From the human T2T-CHM13v2.0 reference genome, Homo sapiens, in the NCBI RefSeq assembly GCF_009914755.1, contig NC_060937.1: a stretch of DNA of 64,000 nt, one strand, 5' to 3'. Position numbers and translations under genes: made by a program. Under the pieces are notes generated by a model. That model made no database searches, was not told where the DNA came from, and saw only the letters and a list, made by a program, of their open reading frames with translations. Shown piece after piece: positions 45,010-59,303 of this stretch; the stretch's first letter is position 1, and each line of letters opens with the position of its first letter.

Positions 45010-45612
45010 TGACCTTTGTATTGTTATGAAATGTTCTTTGTATTTGGTGATACTTCTTGTCTCGACGTTTACTTTATCTAATAGTTATATTGTTGCACAA
45101 TCTGTCTTGTTTATTTGCATGGTATATCTTTTTCTGTTCTTTTACTATTAATTTCTGAATTTTTTATTTTCTTATTTTTCTGTAAACAGCATGTAGCTGA
45201 GTCTTTATAAAAATTAAAAATCCATTGTGACATTCAGTCTTTTAATAGGAAAATTTGTGTTCCAGTAGTATTTAATGTAATTACTGATACTGGATTTAGG
45301 CCTTCTATCTTACTACTATTTGTTGTTTCTTTGTCCCATTTGTTTTTTCTTCCTGTGTACCTCCTTTTCTGCCTTCTTTGGATTAGTTGATTAGAATTTC
45401 ATTATTTTATATATTTGTTTTTTAGGCGTATCTCCCTGCATTATTATTTTAATGATTCTTCTACATCTCTAGCTTTTCAGTCTAGAGTTGTTACCATACT
45501 GTTTCACTTAAAAAATAGAAATGTTCATCCTTACAATAATTAAAAGTCATTTATCTTCCTCTTCTGCTGTAGTTGTCATGTGTATTATATCTACACATAT
45601 ATACCCAATAAA
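45010..45612 (-). mobile_element. Old L1M continuation
   Basis: Resumes the L1M sequence after the L1PA TSD (TTTGCATGGTATATCTTTT, TGTAAACAGCATGTAG). Confidence 0.7.
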
Positions 45613-47974
45613 TGTATTAGTCTGTTCTCACATTACTATAAGTAACTACAAGAGACTGGGTAATTTATGAAGAAAAGAGATTTAATCGATTCACATTTTC
45701 ACAGGGTGTACAGGAAGCCTGGCTGGGGAGGTTTCAGGAAACTTACAATCATGGCAGAAGGTGAAGGGGAAACAGACACATCTTCACATGGTGGAGCAGG
45801 ATAGAGGGTGAAGGGGGAAGTGCTACATATTCTTAAACAACCAAATCTTATGGGAACTCACTGTCATGAGAACCGCAAAGGGGAAGTCTGCCTCCGTGGT
45901 CCAGTCGTCTCCCACTAGGTGCCCCCTCCAACACTGAGGATTACAGTTTGACATGAGGTTTGGGTGGGGACACAGAGCCAAACTATATCATTCCACACCT
46001 AGCCCTCCCAAATCTCATGTCCTTGTCACCTTTCAAAGCACAGTCATGGCTTCCAAACAGACCCCCAATGTCTTAACTCATTCTAGCATTAACTCAAAAG
46101 TCGAAGTCCAAAGTTTCATCTGGGACAAGGCACGTCTATTTGCCTATGAGCCTGTAAAACCATAAACAAGTTAGTTACCTCCAAGATACAATGGGGCTAC
46201 AGGCATTGGGCAAATGTTCCCATTCCAAAAGGGAGAAATCGGCCAAAACAAAGGGGTTACAGACCCCATGCAAGTCCAAAGCCCAGAAAGGCAGTCATCA
46301 AATTTTAAAGCTCCAAAATAATTTTCTTTGACTCCATGTCTCACATGCAAGCACACTGATGCAAGGGGTAGGCTCCCAAGACGTTGGGCATTTATGCTCC
46401 TTTAGCTTGGCATGGTATAGCCTCCTTGGCTGGTTTCATGGGCCAGTGTTGAATGCCTGTGGCTTTTCTAGGCACATGGTGCAAGCCGTCAGTGGGTCTA
46501 CCATTCTGAGTTCTGGAGGATGGTGGCTTTTTTCTCACAACTCCACTAGGCAGTGCCCCAGTGGGGACTCTTTGTGGGGGCTGTAACCCCACATTTCCCC
46601 TTCACACTGCTTAGTAGATTCTCCATGAGGGCTCTGCCCCTGTAGCAGACTTCTGCCAGGATATCCAGACATTTCTATTCTCTGATAGCTATTTGGAGGC
46701 TCCCAAGCCTTAACTCTTGCCCTCTATGCCCCCACAGGCTTAGAAACACATAGAAGTCACCAAAGTTTGCAGCTTGCACCATCTGGAGCAGTGACCTGAG
46801 ATGTATCTGGGGCCCTTTTAGCCACAGCCACAGCTGGAGCTGGAGAAGCTAGGATGCAGGGAGCAGTGTTCTGAGGTTGTGTAGGGTAGCAGGGCCCTGG
46901 GCTTTGCTCTCAAAACCATTCTTCCCTTAGGCCTCTGGGCCTTTGATTGGAGGGGCTGCGGGAAAGCCTTCAAGGCATTTTCCCCATTGTCTTGGCTATT
47001 AACATTCAGCTCCTCTTTACTTATGCAAATTTCTACATCCAGCTTGAATTCCTCCCCAGAAAATGGGCTTTTCTTTTCTCCCTCATGGTCAGGCTGCAAA
47101 TTTTCTTAACTTTTATGCTGTTTCCTTTTTAAGTATAAGTTCCAGTTTCAGATCATCTCTTTGCTTATGCATGTGACCATATGCTGTTAGAAGCAACCAG
47201 GCCACATCTTGAAGAACACTTTGCTACTTAGAAATTTCTTCTGCCAGATATCTTAAATCATCTCTCAAGTTCAAAGTTCCACAGATCTCTAGGGCAGGTG
47301 CAGAATGCCTTCAGCCTCTTTGTTAATGGTTAACAAAAGTGATCTTTGCCCCAGTTCCCAATAAGTTCCTCATCTGAGACTACTTCAGCCTGGACTTCAT
47401 TGGCCATATCACTGTCAGCATTTTGGTAACAACAGTTTAACAAGTCTTTAGAAAGTTCCAAACCTTCCTTGGTCTTCCTGTCTTATGAGCTCTCCAAACT
47501 GTTCCAACCTCTGCCCATTACCCAGTTACAAAGCTGCTTCCACATTTTCAGGGATCTTTATAGCAATACCCCACTCTCCAGTGCCAATTTTCTGTATTAA
47601 CCCATTCTTGCACTGCTGTGAGGAACTACCTGAGACTGGGTAATTTGTGAAGAAAAGAGGTTTAATTGATTCAGTTCCACAGACTGTACAGGAAGCATGG
47701 CTGGAGAGGCCTCAGGAAACTGACAATCATGGCAGAAGGTGAAGGGGAAACAGGCACATCTTCACATGGCAGAGCAGGAGAGAGGGAGTGAAAGGGGAAG
47801 TGCTACACAATTTTAAACAACCACATCTTGTGAGAACTCACCCATTATCACAAGAACAGCCAAGGGGAAGTCCACTCCTATGACCCAGTCACCTCCCACC
47901 AGGCCCCTCCTCCAACACCGAGGATTACAATTCAACATGAGATTTAGGTGGGGACACAGAGACAGATCATATCA
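45613..47974 (-). mobile_element. Complete THE1D-like MaLR element (LTR 45613-45990, internal 45991-47592, LTR 47593-47974)
   Basis: Two ~380-bp LTRs TGTATTA...ATATCA, a 1.6 kb THE1/MST internal region, and a 5-bp TSD ATAAA/ATACA. Confidence 0.95.
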
Positions 47975-48470
47975 ATATACACTACACAGTACTATAATTT
48001 TCACTTCAAGCAGTCATATGTATTTTAAAGATGTACTAAGGACATATATTATTCTATGTTTACCAATATGCATGCCATTTCTTTTACTTTTTGTTCCTTC
48101 CAGAATAAGTTTCCGTCTTGTATCATTTCCCTACAGCCTGAAGAACCTTATAAAAGCACTTTTAAAAAACATGCTGGCAACCAATTCTTTTAAGTTTCTT
48201 CTTTTAAATTTAAAAATGTGTTTATTTGACTGTTCTTTTAAAGGATATATTTTGGGTGTAGGAATTGGAATTGACAGCATTTAAAAAATGTACCACTGTC
48301 TTATGGTTGTTTTTTTTTTTTTCCTGATGAGAAGAAAGTAGTCATTCAGTCATTGTTTTTCTATATGTAATATGACTTTTATTCTCTGCCTTTTTTTTAA
48401 GCTTTCCTCTACCCTTGATTTACAGGTATTTGGCTGCTGAACCTTGTCTTTTTGACAAGTTTTTTGAATT
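47975..48470 (-). mobile_element. Old L1M continuation
   Basis: CAGCCTGAAGAAC...GCTGGCAACCAATTCT...AAGGATATATTTTGGGTGTAGGAATT motifs. Confidence 0.65.
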
Positions 48471-48505
48471 TTTAAATTTATATATTTCACCAAGTGTTTG
48501 AAAAA

Positions 48506-48533
48506 TGTGTGTGTATATGTGTGTGTATATATA

Positions 48534-48600
<67 letters not shown>
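48506..48600. repeat. (TG)n/(TA)n microsatellite at an Alu tail
   Basis: Read directly. Confidence 0.95.
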
Positions 48601-48837
<237 letters not shown>

Positions 48838-49007
48838 AAGAAGCAAATAATTTTGGAATCTGTAGTCCCTTAATGGGGAGAAAAGGAGCTAGGATGAAAT
48901 ACATAAATAAGAGTTAAACATTTGACTTGGTAACGAGGTATTTGAGGGGAATAGTGCCCTTCAGTGTTTATTCTTGCTTTTTTTAAGGTAAAGGCTAGAA
49001 ATACTTA

Positions 49008-49320
49008 TTTTATTTATTTATTTTTTTGAGACGGAGTCTTGCTCTGTTGCCCAGGCTGGAGTGCAGTGGCATGATCTCAGCTCACTGCAAGCTCCGACTC
49101 CCAGATTCACACCATTCTCCTGCCTCAGCCTCCTGAGTAGCTGGGACTACAGGCCCCCGCCACCACACCCGGCTAATTTTTTTTTTTTTTTTTGTATTTT
49201 TTAGTAGAGACAGGGTTTCACCGTATTAGCCAGGATGGTCTCGGTCTCTTGACCTTGTGATCCACCCGCTTTGGCCTCCCAAAGTGCTGGGATTACAGGC
49301 ATGAGCCACCACGCCCAGCC
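49008..49320 (-). mobile_element. AluY
   Basis: Y diagnostics GCAAGCTCC, TTCACACCATTCTC and TTAGCCAGGATGG; TSD AAGGCT(A/G)GAAAT(A/T)CTTA. Confidence 0.93.
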
Positions 49321-49329
49321 AAGGCTGGA

Positions 49330-49825
49330 AATTCTTAATGTGACTTCTGAGCCCTTGCATGATCTCCAATGAGTCTCATCTCCTGCTACTGTTGCATTCA
49401 TTACTCGCTCCTCTCTCCACTTTGCTATCTATACTGCAAACACACTAGCCATCTTATATCGTATCTTATTAGAGCTTATTCATTTGGTGACCCTGTTATT
49501 TCTGCTTTAATTTCTCCTCTTCATTTCTCGTTCATCTTCCTCTGGATACTTTCTTTTCATCCTAATGATCTCAGCCGAAATATTATTTTTTCAGTTATTT
49601 CATGGCCTCTCCTGATAAGATTATATGCACCAATAGCATCCTCGTTTTCTCTTTTGTAGAATTTCTCATTGTTGCAAATAGTTGTTTACTTATGAATATC
49701 TGTTTAACCTTGCTACAATGTAAGATGTATAATGCAGTATTTTTGTATTCACTGGTATATTTTCTGCATCTATTACAGACCTTTGCATATAGTAGATGCT
49801 CAATAAATGCTGGAAGGAATAAATC
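49330..49825 (+). mobile_element. L2 3' fragment
   Basis: Ends GCATATAGTAGATGCTCAATAAATGCTGGAAGGAATAAAT. Confidence 0.75.
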
Positions 49826-50223
49826 CAGAGATGAATTGCTTATTCAGGATTTCATTCAGCTAATTTTCAGTAAGGAATAAACTGCCAAAGATTAGTGTGG
49901 AGACTATCCCTACCAGTTCCTATTTCTGACTCAGAGTGAGGAAGTTAGTCTCCAAAACTAAATAACCAAGATAAATGATGACTGTTTTTCGTGGTTTGAG
50001 TATGACCCCTGGTTACAACATAGAGTAGTGCCGACAGGCTATAATGTCTATCCCTGAAATGAGCTATAGTGCGGAACATTATGTCCAATATGCACTTAGT
50101 CTGTTACAAAAATTTTCATTTGTAAGAAATACTGTATTTCTACCCTGTACATTTTTTTCCCTATTTTAGCTCAATTTTGATTATGGTTCTTTTGAAAAGA
50201 TATGTAGAAACAGTAAAAGATTA

Positions 50224-50595
<372 letters not shown>

Positions 50596-51495
50596 TTAGT
50601 GGTTTATATGAAATAATTCAATTCAAAGGGATGCCTTACATTAATTTTAATTATGTGGAACGAGTTTATACTAATCAGTTGTTTTAATAAATGGGAAAAT
50701 TAAAATATAGCTTTAAATAGGGGAGATTTATTTCAAATGAAAGGAAAAACATATTGACAGTTAAGAGTGAGACAGACATAGGAATATTCCAGCAATTGAG
50801 AGTGTTGATGATGCATCCTTGGTGACCTTTTAAGAAAATAGGAAAATATCTATTTATTGATATTTCCTCCTATGTATGTAACTACTTTTAATGGTTATTT
50901 TTCAGATACAATTTACCATATTTTTATCATTAATTTTTTAAATCTCCTGAATATGGAGAAAATCCTACCTTTACTGTTGTGTATGAGCAATAAAACTCAT
51001 TATAACTAGTCCTGTAAACTGTGACCACCAGGTAACTTGTTGATAAGTTGGCATAGGAAGGGACCTCATACAACAGGGAATTCAGCTAAAATATTAAAGT
51101 TGCTAATTCTGAATCTTGGCAGATGGCTGGAAGTCCAAGTCATCTTTTTTCTGAGACTCTTGTGCATATGGATGGTTTTTGGTTGGGTCTGCTATCTGAA
51201 GTATCTGACATGGTAGGTATTATGGGCAAATGATAATGTTCGTATTTGAATAGTTGATAGCTTAATGATTTCAAAGAATTATTATACATTGAAACACAAG
51301 GTCAGTCAGTGGCTGGAAATGAATGCACACATTTGAAGTGAGAGGACTGCTGAGAGCTTGTTGGGTGGTTGGGACCTCAGTCCTAGGTTCTCTCTGCCCC
51401 GACCTTCTGGCAAGGGGAATAGAGTTAGCTCAGGAAACAAAGGTAAAAGCCCATTTTCCACAACTAGGTAAACCAAGTAAGCATTAAGGATATTA

Positions 51496-51775
<280 letters not shown>

Positions 51776-51790
51776 GAAAAACTTTAAGCA

Positions 51791-52184
51791 TGTTTAACTT
51801 TATCAGAGGTTGCCTGAGCAAAAAACAAACAAACAAACCAAAAAACCCAATAACAATGATTTGCGATTAGGCAGCCCTCAGAACTAGAACAGGTTCCAAG
51901 AACTATCTGCTACCTGTTCACCTAGCATTTATGGACAGAAAACAGAGTGGGACAAAAAAAAACAACTTAATTGGTTACAGCTAGGTGTTGTGTCTCACTT
52001 TAATCAGCTGACTGTCAACAGTTGACTGAAGCTCAGATGCTGTAACTAATAAACTCAGCTTTTTGTTACATGAGTACACGCTCAAGTTTCATTCAGCATG
52101 AATGACTTCATATTAGTTTGGTCTGTTGGGCTCAGTACAGGAGCCTAGTCCAAATCAATGGCCTCCTGCAAATTTTATTTAACA
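51791..52184 (-). mobile_element. ERV1 LTR, MER31/MER67-like
   Basis: GGAGCCTAGTCCAAATCAATGGCCTCC...AAATTTTATTTAACA terminus; ATTGGTTACAGCT core. Confidence 0.7.
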
Positions 52185-52339
52185 GGTTAAAAGTTTAGTC
52201 CCAGAATATCTGAATTAGAGCATAAGGCAGAAAGATGAATTCTCAGTCCTACCTGCTAATGGGACGTGAGCCTTTAGATATTCTGCTGGGCTTGACCAGA
52301 ATTAGCTCAGAGCCTGAGCATTTGTTAACTTGTAGCTGT

Positions 52340-52480
52340 TGAAGCTTGGAAAAGCAAGGATTCCACCTTAGTGAAATTAAATGACTTACCCAAGATCACA
52401 ATACTAATTTGAAATTGTGTCAGAATTGGGATCTAGGCCTATGTCCATTCCTAATCTAGTAGATTTGCTATATAATACCA
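52340..52480 (-). mobile_element. MIR/MIR3
   Basis: TTAAATGACTTACCCAAGATCACA. Confidence 0.65.
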
Positions 52481-52802
52481 TCTTGAATGTGCAAATTACA
52501 ACCTTGTTACTTCACAAAGTGTGATTATTACTGTAAAGCTTAAAAAGTTGCTTGCTACTTGGAAAAGCAATCCTGAATAATTAAATAAATCTTGTTATAT
52601 AAATATAAAATTGCATAAAATTTTTAGAAAACTGTTGATAGAGTCTTTATTATTTATTTTACATTCATATTTATTTTACATCCCATGATAGATACTTGCC
52701 ACCTTATATAGAACTTTTGCCAATATTAGGGTTTAATAAATATTGATTGAATGCTAATATCTGAAATGGTAGTCAGAGGAGTTGGGCTTTTCACCTCTGC
52801 GT

Positions 52803-52830
52803 TTGTGTGTGTGTGTGTGTGTATATATAT
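52803..52830. repeat. (TG)n(TA)n microsatellite
   Basis: Read directly. Confidence 0.9.
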
Positions 52831-54342
52831 AATTGTCAACATGATAGAATTTATACTATAATCAAAATTACCTTGGTTTTTAGAAGTGATTTATAGTATA
52901 TTTACTTTTACATCTATCTATTGAGTGGTCCCAGCAATAATTAGTGAAACGTAATGTAAGAACCATCCATTATCTTCTTTTTATAAATGAGGAAACATAC
53001 TCCAAGATCATGTGAATGGAAAAGGAAACATGGGAAAATCATATTTCTGAACATGAGTTGTACATTACCAGATTTTGTTTTAGGAAGACTCACTATTAAA
53101 TGTGTGTGTGCGTGTGTGTGTATGTTTTGATTAATGTATGTATTATGTGTTAAGTAAATAGTATACATGCTCATTGCAAATCATTTAAAAATATATGTGA
53201 CGAAGAAATGAAAAATTGCCAGTAATCTCATTGCTCCATGGTCACTATTGTAAACATCTGACATTTGTTAAATCTATTATTTATGTCCTGTATTCAAAGT
53301 AGTGTGGAGGTAGGCAAGATCACTGGATTAGTCAGGAAATTTGAATATTCTACCTGTCTGTTAGCTTAGTTTTTGACCTTGGTGTAGGGATTCCGTGATT
53401 GCCAACATTTAATTTTTAAAATTATTTCTTACCTTACCTTCTTCTCCAGTTTATACTGTTATTTCTATTAAATAAATATGACTTTGTTTTCCAGTGAGAT
53501 AACTAGATTAACAACATTACCTTTATTGTCAGTGAAGAATAAAAGATGATGTTTCACCTAGCTCATGTAGTTCTAGTTCTCAAGAATATGATATGTGATA
53601 CTTTTTGAAATATTTAAAGTAGTTTAAACAGTATCCATTTGACTCTATAAAAGCCTAGCTGGGCTCTCCATGAGGGAACAATTCGAATAGATGGTTTGTA
53701 ACGTCTTTTTCAGTTTTAAAATGCAGATACTTTGATTCCATTGCACATTGATATATGAACTCATTCTTCCTTATTATTATTTCCCAAAATGGTAATTATT
53801 TTGCTTCTAGACCAGCAAGCTAATATATCAAAAACTCTTACATGTAAATGTAGTTGTTTAAAAATATTTATGCTGTGTAATGTCAGTAATTTATGAGTTA
53901 CAGACATGATATCCCTTATATTTTTGCATAATAATTCATTTTTAGGAAAAACTAAGAATAAAGTTATTCTTTGTATTTTTACCAGTCTTTTCCCAACCAA
54001 GTGTTACTGAAACTGTCATACCAAAATCTTTTTACCTTTTAAGATTCTCACTTTTGAGGCTGAGAACTATGAAGCTAGTATTCCAATTTGCATTCATTGT
54101 TGTAATTTCAGGCAGCATGTCCAATTTACTTCTACTGTTAGGTGCTTGTTTGTTGTACTTATGAAGAACTAAGAAGGATTTTCTCGTAGCCCAGAGTTAT
54201 GTTATTTTTTGCTTAGTGACAATTTTTACAAGAGACCTTATTATAATCAAACCAATGAAATGCATCATAGTACCTTTTTCAGAGTGCCAGTGGCTTAGGA
54301 GGTATTTTTTTTATGTAAACTTGTTAAAGGCATGTAACTAAC

Positions 54343-55422
54343 TATTGGGCAAAATTCACCCCCGATATTTCACATAGGTTCTTTTCTATTTTCTGTAAGT
54401 GTTGGCCGGTCTGAGAAATAAAGGGACAGAGTACAAAAGGGAGAAATTTTAAAGCTGGGTATCCGGGGGAGATATCACATGTTGGCAGGTTCCATGATGT
54501 GCCCCCAAGCCACAAAACCAGCAAGTTTTTAGTGATTTTCAAAAGGGGAGGGAGTGTACAAATAGGGTGTGGGTGACAGAGATCACCTGCTTCACAAGGT
54601 AATAAGATATCACAGGGTAAATGGAGGCAGGGTGAGATCACAGGACCACAGGACTGGGGCAAAATTAAAATTGCTAATGAAGTTTCAGGCAGGCATTGTC
54701 ATTGATAACATCTTATCAGGAAACAGGGTTTGAAAGCAGACAACTGGTCTGACCAAAATTTTTTAGGTGGGAATTTCCTCATCCTAATAAGCCTGGGAGT
54801 GCTGCAGGAGACGGGGGCTTATTTCATCCCACAGCTAAGACCGTAAGAGACAGCTGCCCCCAAAGCGGCCATTTTAGAGGCCTCCCCTCAGGGACGCATT
54901 CTCTTTCTCAGGGATGTTCCTTGCTGAGAAAAAGAATTCAGTGATATTTCTCCCATTTGCTTTTGAAAGAAGAGAAATATGGCTCTGTTCTGCCCGGCTC
55001 ACCGGCAGTCAGAGTTTAAGGTTATCTCTCTTTTTTCCCTGAACATTGCTGTTATCCTGTTCTTTTTTTCAAGATGCTCAGATTTCATATTGTTCAAACA
55101 CACATGCTGTACAATTTGTGCAGTTAACGCAATCATCACAGGGTCCTGAGGCGACATACATCCTCCTCAGCTTACGAAGATGACGGGATTAAGAGATTAA
55201 AGACAGGCATAGGAAATCACAAGGGTATTGATTGGGGAAGTGATAAGTGTCCATGAAATCTTCACAATTTATGTTCAGAGATTGCAGTAAAGACAGGCGT
55301 AAGAAATTATAAAAATATTAATTTGGGGAACTACTAAGTGTCCATGAAATCTTCACAATTTATGTTCTTCTGCCATGGCTTCAGCTGGTCCCTCCGTTTG
55401 GGGTCCCTGACTTCCCTCAACA
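54343..55422 (-). mobile_element. MER11 (HERV-K11/HML-8) solo LTR, 1080 bp
   Basis: GGGGTCCCTGACTTCCCTCAACA terminus; perfect 6-bp TSD ACTAAC at 54337-54342 and 55423-55428. Confidence 0.96.
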
Positions 55423-55539
55423 ACTAACCAAGCTTATATCCTTATGGTAGAAATAGAGACATACTATAAATATTTATAACAAACAAAATTGGGGTAAGAA
55501 TCCTTCTTTTGTTCTATTGTTTGGTCAGTCAATAAATAT

Positions 55540-55678
55540 ATTTTTAAAAATTTTTGTGGGTATATAATATGGGGAATATATGTGTGGAGTACTTTAGATA
55601 TTTTGATACAGGTGTACAGTGTGTAGTAATCACATCAGGGTAAATAGGGTATCCATCACCTCAAACATTTATCCTTTG
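55540..55678 (-). mobile_element. L1MA (1-3-like) 3' terminal fragment
   Basis: TAATCACATCAGGGTAAATAGGGTATCCATCACCTCAA. Confidence 0.8.
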
Positions 55679-56059
55679 GCTCCTTTTCAATAAAAAAATT
55701 TTGTTTTCTCACAGCTCTCCCCCAATACTCTCTTTACCCCCTTACCTGAAATCTAAGTGCTTTTTGTTCTCACAAGTCCTCTGTACCTTATGATGAGTGA
55801 AGAGCTTGACATTCTCCAGGTATTTTGCTTCTAGACCACTTTTTTAAAAATCACCTTCTTTCAGCAGAGTGTTCTCACTTTGAAATCTGTGTAATACCTG
55901 CTTTGCCATGATTGTTCTTATGCTTACTGTCATTAGTGATTTTTTTAAAAAAAATAAGCTTTATAAAAGTGGAAGCCTGTGTGTGAATTTTTCTGTGATT
56001 TTTTTTCTTTTTTTGACTCAGCCTTATGGGTTTGAATTCATTTGTTTGAGTATCTCCCT

Positions 56060-56240
56060 TTAACAACAACAACCTTATGAGGTAGACACTATTATTATCC
56101 ACACTTAACAGATGTGGGACTGAACACAGTTATATGTTTAGGTAACTTGCATAAGGTTATATATCCAGTAAGTACAGTGTCTGGATTTTAACACAGGCAT
56201 TCTATTTCAAAGCCCAGACTCTTAACCAGTATACAGTACT
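56060..56240 (-). mobile_element. MIR
   Basis: AACAACCTTATGAGGTAGACACTATTATTATCC...ACAGATG. Confidence 0.85.
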
Positions 56241-56349
56241 TACATTCACTGGTAATCAGAACAATGGAAACTAAACTGTGATGCCCATCATCCGTCGGTA
56301 TGTCTGTATCTATCTTCCTTCTGTCTGTCTACATACCTTTATATGTATT

Positions 56350-56600
56350 TAGATTATCAACAGATTATCTGCAGCAAAATTGGGTACAGTAATATCTTTA
56401 AGGGTCAGGGGAAGATAATTTTGAATTTAGTAATGTCCTATCCAGACATTAACATTTTAGAATAAGATAGACATAAGGACAATTTCAGGCATACAGGGAC
56501 TCAGAAACTTTTTCATAGATCATTGCTGAAAGAATTATTAATGGATATACTCTAGCAAGAAGGGCAATGAACCAGGAGAAAATAATGGGATACAGGATGT
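56350..56600 (+). mobile_element. HAL1/L1M ORF1 C-terminal remnant
   Basis: ATAATTTTGAATTTAG...TATCCAG...GACAATTTCAGGCATACAGGGACTCAGAAA resembles the old L1 ORF1 end. Confidence 0.5.
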
Positions 56601-56935
56601 AATGATGCACAAAGAAAGCAGTAAAACATGCTGTTAAATTCAAATATAGTTGAAAAATTTACATGGGAATTGGGAGAGGAAGTATAGAGGACAGTAAAAT
56701 AGTAAGCTATGGTTCTGGTCCTGTTTCGGAGAAGATAGATATGCTTGCTTGCTAATGTTAAACTTGGTTAGGAAAAGAATAAATCTACATGTAAACTGCT
56801 ATAATAATACCACCTACAATTTACTAAGCATTTATATGTGCCAGATACTTTGTTAACATTTTACATGGATTATAAGAGATACACACACATTCACTCTATA
56901 TATGTTATATAGATTATATATTTATAATATATATA

Positions 56936-56959
56936 ACACACACACACACACACACACAC
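56936..56959. repeat. (CA)n microsatellite
   Basis: Read directly. Confidence 0.92.
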
Positions 56960-57302
56960 GTTTTAAAAGCATACACAAATGCAGGGATACTGATCGAGCA
57001 AGCATTTAATAGCTGTATCCTTTAGGAAATAGAGGGGAAGGGGTTGAGATGGGGAGGTGTGAAGGTCAAGTGGAAAATTTTGCTTTATCTTTATAGATAA
57101 ATGCTTTTACATTAAAAATGCCATCACATATTATTGTTTTTTTAAAAACCTAAAGAAGTTTAAGCAGATATACCAAAAATATCAATAGCAATTAAATTTG
57201 TTTTTTTACTTTCCTTTTTTGTTTTTGTTTTTTAGTGTAATTTTGAATTTCAAAAAAGAAAAAGCCTTGAGAAACACTTGGCAGCAATGATAACATAGTT
57301 GG

Positions 57303-57432
57303 TTTTTTTTTGTTGTTGTTGTTGTTGTTAAGAGAGGAGGTCTTAGTATGTTTCTGAGGTTGAACTTGAACTCCTGGACTCAGGTGATCCTCTCATCTCA
57401 GCCTCCTGAGTAGTTGGGACTATAGGTGCTTG
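57303..57432 (-). mobile_element. FLAM-like Alu monomer with (TTG)n tail
   Basis: GAACTCCTGGACTCAGGTGATCCTC...CTCAGCCTCCTGAGTAG. Confidence 0.8.
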
Positions 57433-57511
57433 TCAATGTGTCTGATTTGTGGCGTAGTTCTTAAATCTTTTCAAACTTCTATTAAAAATAATAACTAGGG
57501 TAACTGAAGGA

Positions 57512-58283
57512 AGAAACAAATGCTGGGTAGGATACAGAGAAAAGGGAACTCTTATACATGGTTGGTAGGAATGTACATTAATACAACCATTATGGACAAC
57601 AGTATGGAAGTTTCTCAAATAACTGAAAATAGAACTACCATATGATCCAGCAGTCCCACTACATAGGATATATCCAAATGAAAGAAAATCAACATATGAA
57701 AGAGATACTTGCACTCCCATGTTTATTGCAGCGCTATTCACAGTACTCAAAAGGTGGAATCAACCTAAGTGTCCATCAGCAGATGAATGGATAAAGAAAA
57801 TATGGTATATGTGCACAATGGAATACTATTCGGCTATAAAAACAAGTGGAATCCTGTCATTTGTAGCAACATGGATGGAATGGAGGTCATTATGTTAAGT
57901 GAAATGAGCTAGGTACAGAAAGATAAATACCACATGTTCTCACTCATATGTGGAAGATAAAAAAAGTTGATCTCATGGTAGTAGAGAGTAGAATAGCAGT
58001 TCCTGGAGGCTGGGAAAGGGAGGAAGGATAGGAAGAGATTGGTAAAAGGCTATTGTAATTTTGTAATTACAAAATTACATTTAGATAGGAGGAGCACTGT
58101 AGGGTGACTATTGTTAACAATTTATTGTATATTTTGAAATAGCTAGAAGAGAGGATTTTGAATATTTCCAACACAAAGACGTGAAAAATGTTGAAAGTGA
58201 TAGATGTGCTAATTGTGCTGATTTCATCATTATACATTGTATGCATTGAAATATCACTCTTTACCCCATGTGCACAATTATTA
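57512..58283 (+). mobile_element. L1MA (4-6-like) 3' end
   Basis: CCATATGATCCAGCAGTCCCACT ORF2 end; L1MA 3'UTR (GCTAGAAGAGAGGATTTTGAAT). Confidence 0.88.
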
Positions 58284-58952
58284 TGTTAATTAAAAATTAA
58301 AATAGGTGACAGTATATCCCCGTATCACTGAATATGAGTAAAACAATGGATAGCAGCAAGAATTATGGGGGAATAGCCAGTGACCAGGAATGGTTAAAGG
58401 AAAGATAAACTATGGTGTATTCTAAGATCTGAGGAAACCAGAAACCACAAGCAAGTGTTCACCTCCAAAAAAGGTACCCTCAGAATGGGAGCTCAGGGGT
58501 CCCATCTGAGACCAGCAGTTGCAGTTGGTAGGGAGCTAACAGGTTACATACAGTTTGTGGGTACAAGGAGACTGTGGAAAGGTCTGAGAGAATAGGGGTT
58601 CCCTGGGCCTTCAGTGTTCTCTGACATACTCAATAAGGTTTGGTCCTACAATGGGGAAAAATTTATAGAAATAGAACACAATTTCATCAGGGCAGGAACT
58701 CTGTGAGTAAAGGAGGGAAATCTTCCAAATACTAATAGGTGAATGACCAGGAAAGATGCATCTTAGAAAGTACTGGAGATGAGGCTATGCTTGAGAGGCT
58801 CTTACTTTTTTATATTTCTTGGTAACAACAGTAAAGCTAGGAGCTCTATTCTGTCCCCATGTCCCCTCTTCTAATAGTTAAAGAGAAATGATCTCATTTA
58901 AACATATGCATTAGAAAATGACTGTATTAAAACTCCACAAAAATATATTGTA

Positions 58953-59303
58953 TCAGGTCGGTGCAAAAGTAATTGCAGTTTCAGATAGTGAATTTTAAAT
59001 CATTATAACTAGGCTCAAACACATACTTATTAATCAAAATAGGAACCATTACAATCAACACATCTTTTGCCAATGAGAAATAAGTTTGTTTATTCCTGTA
59101 GTATACAAATCTGTTTCGGGATGCCATGAACTCTTGGAGTGCATTTTTTGCATCCTGCTGGTTGTAGAAGCACTTTCCCCACAAAAAGTTGCCGAGATGC
59201 TTGAAGAAGTGGTAGTCAGTTGGCGAGAGGTCAGGTGAATATGGCGGATGAGGCAAAACTTTGTAGCCCAGTTCCTTCAACGTTTGAAGTGTTGGTTGTG
59301 CAA
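58953..59303 (-). mobile_element. HSMAR1 mariner 3' fragment (TIR plus transposase C-terminus)
   Basis: TA-TCAGGTCGGTGCAAAAGTAATTGCAG TIR; translation LPHPPYSPDLSPTDYHFFKHL contains the mariner YSPDL motif. Confidence 0.95.

Noticed and set aside
55195-55370. ~85-bp tandem duplication
   Set aside because: As I recall, a normal feature of the MER11 consensus.
57031-57060. Possible G-quadruplex
   Set aside because: Only three runs of three or more G.
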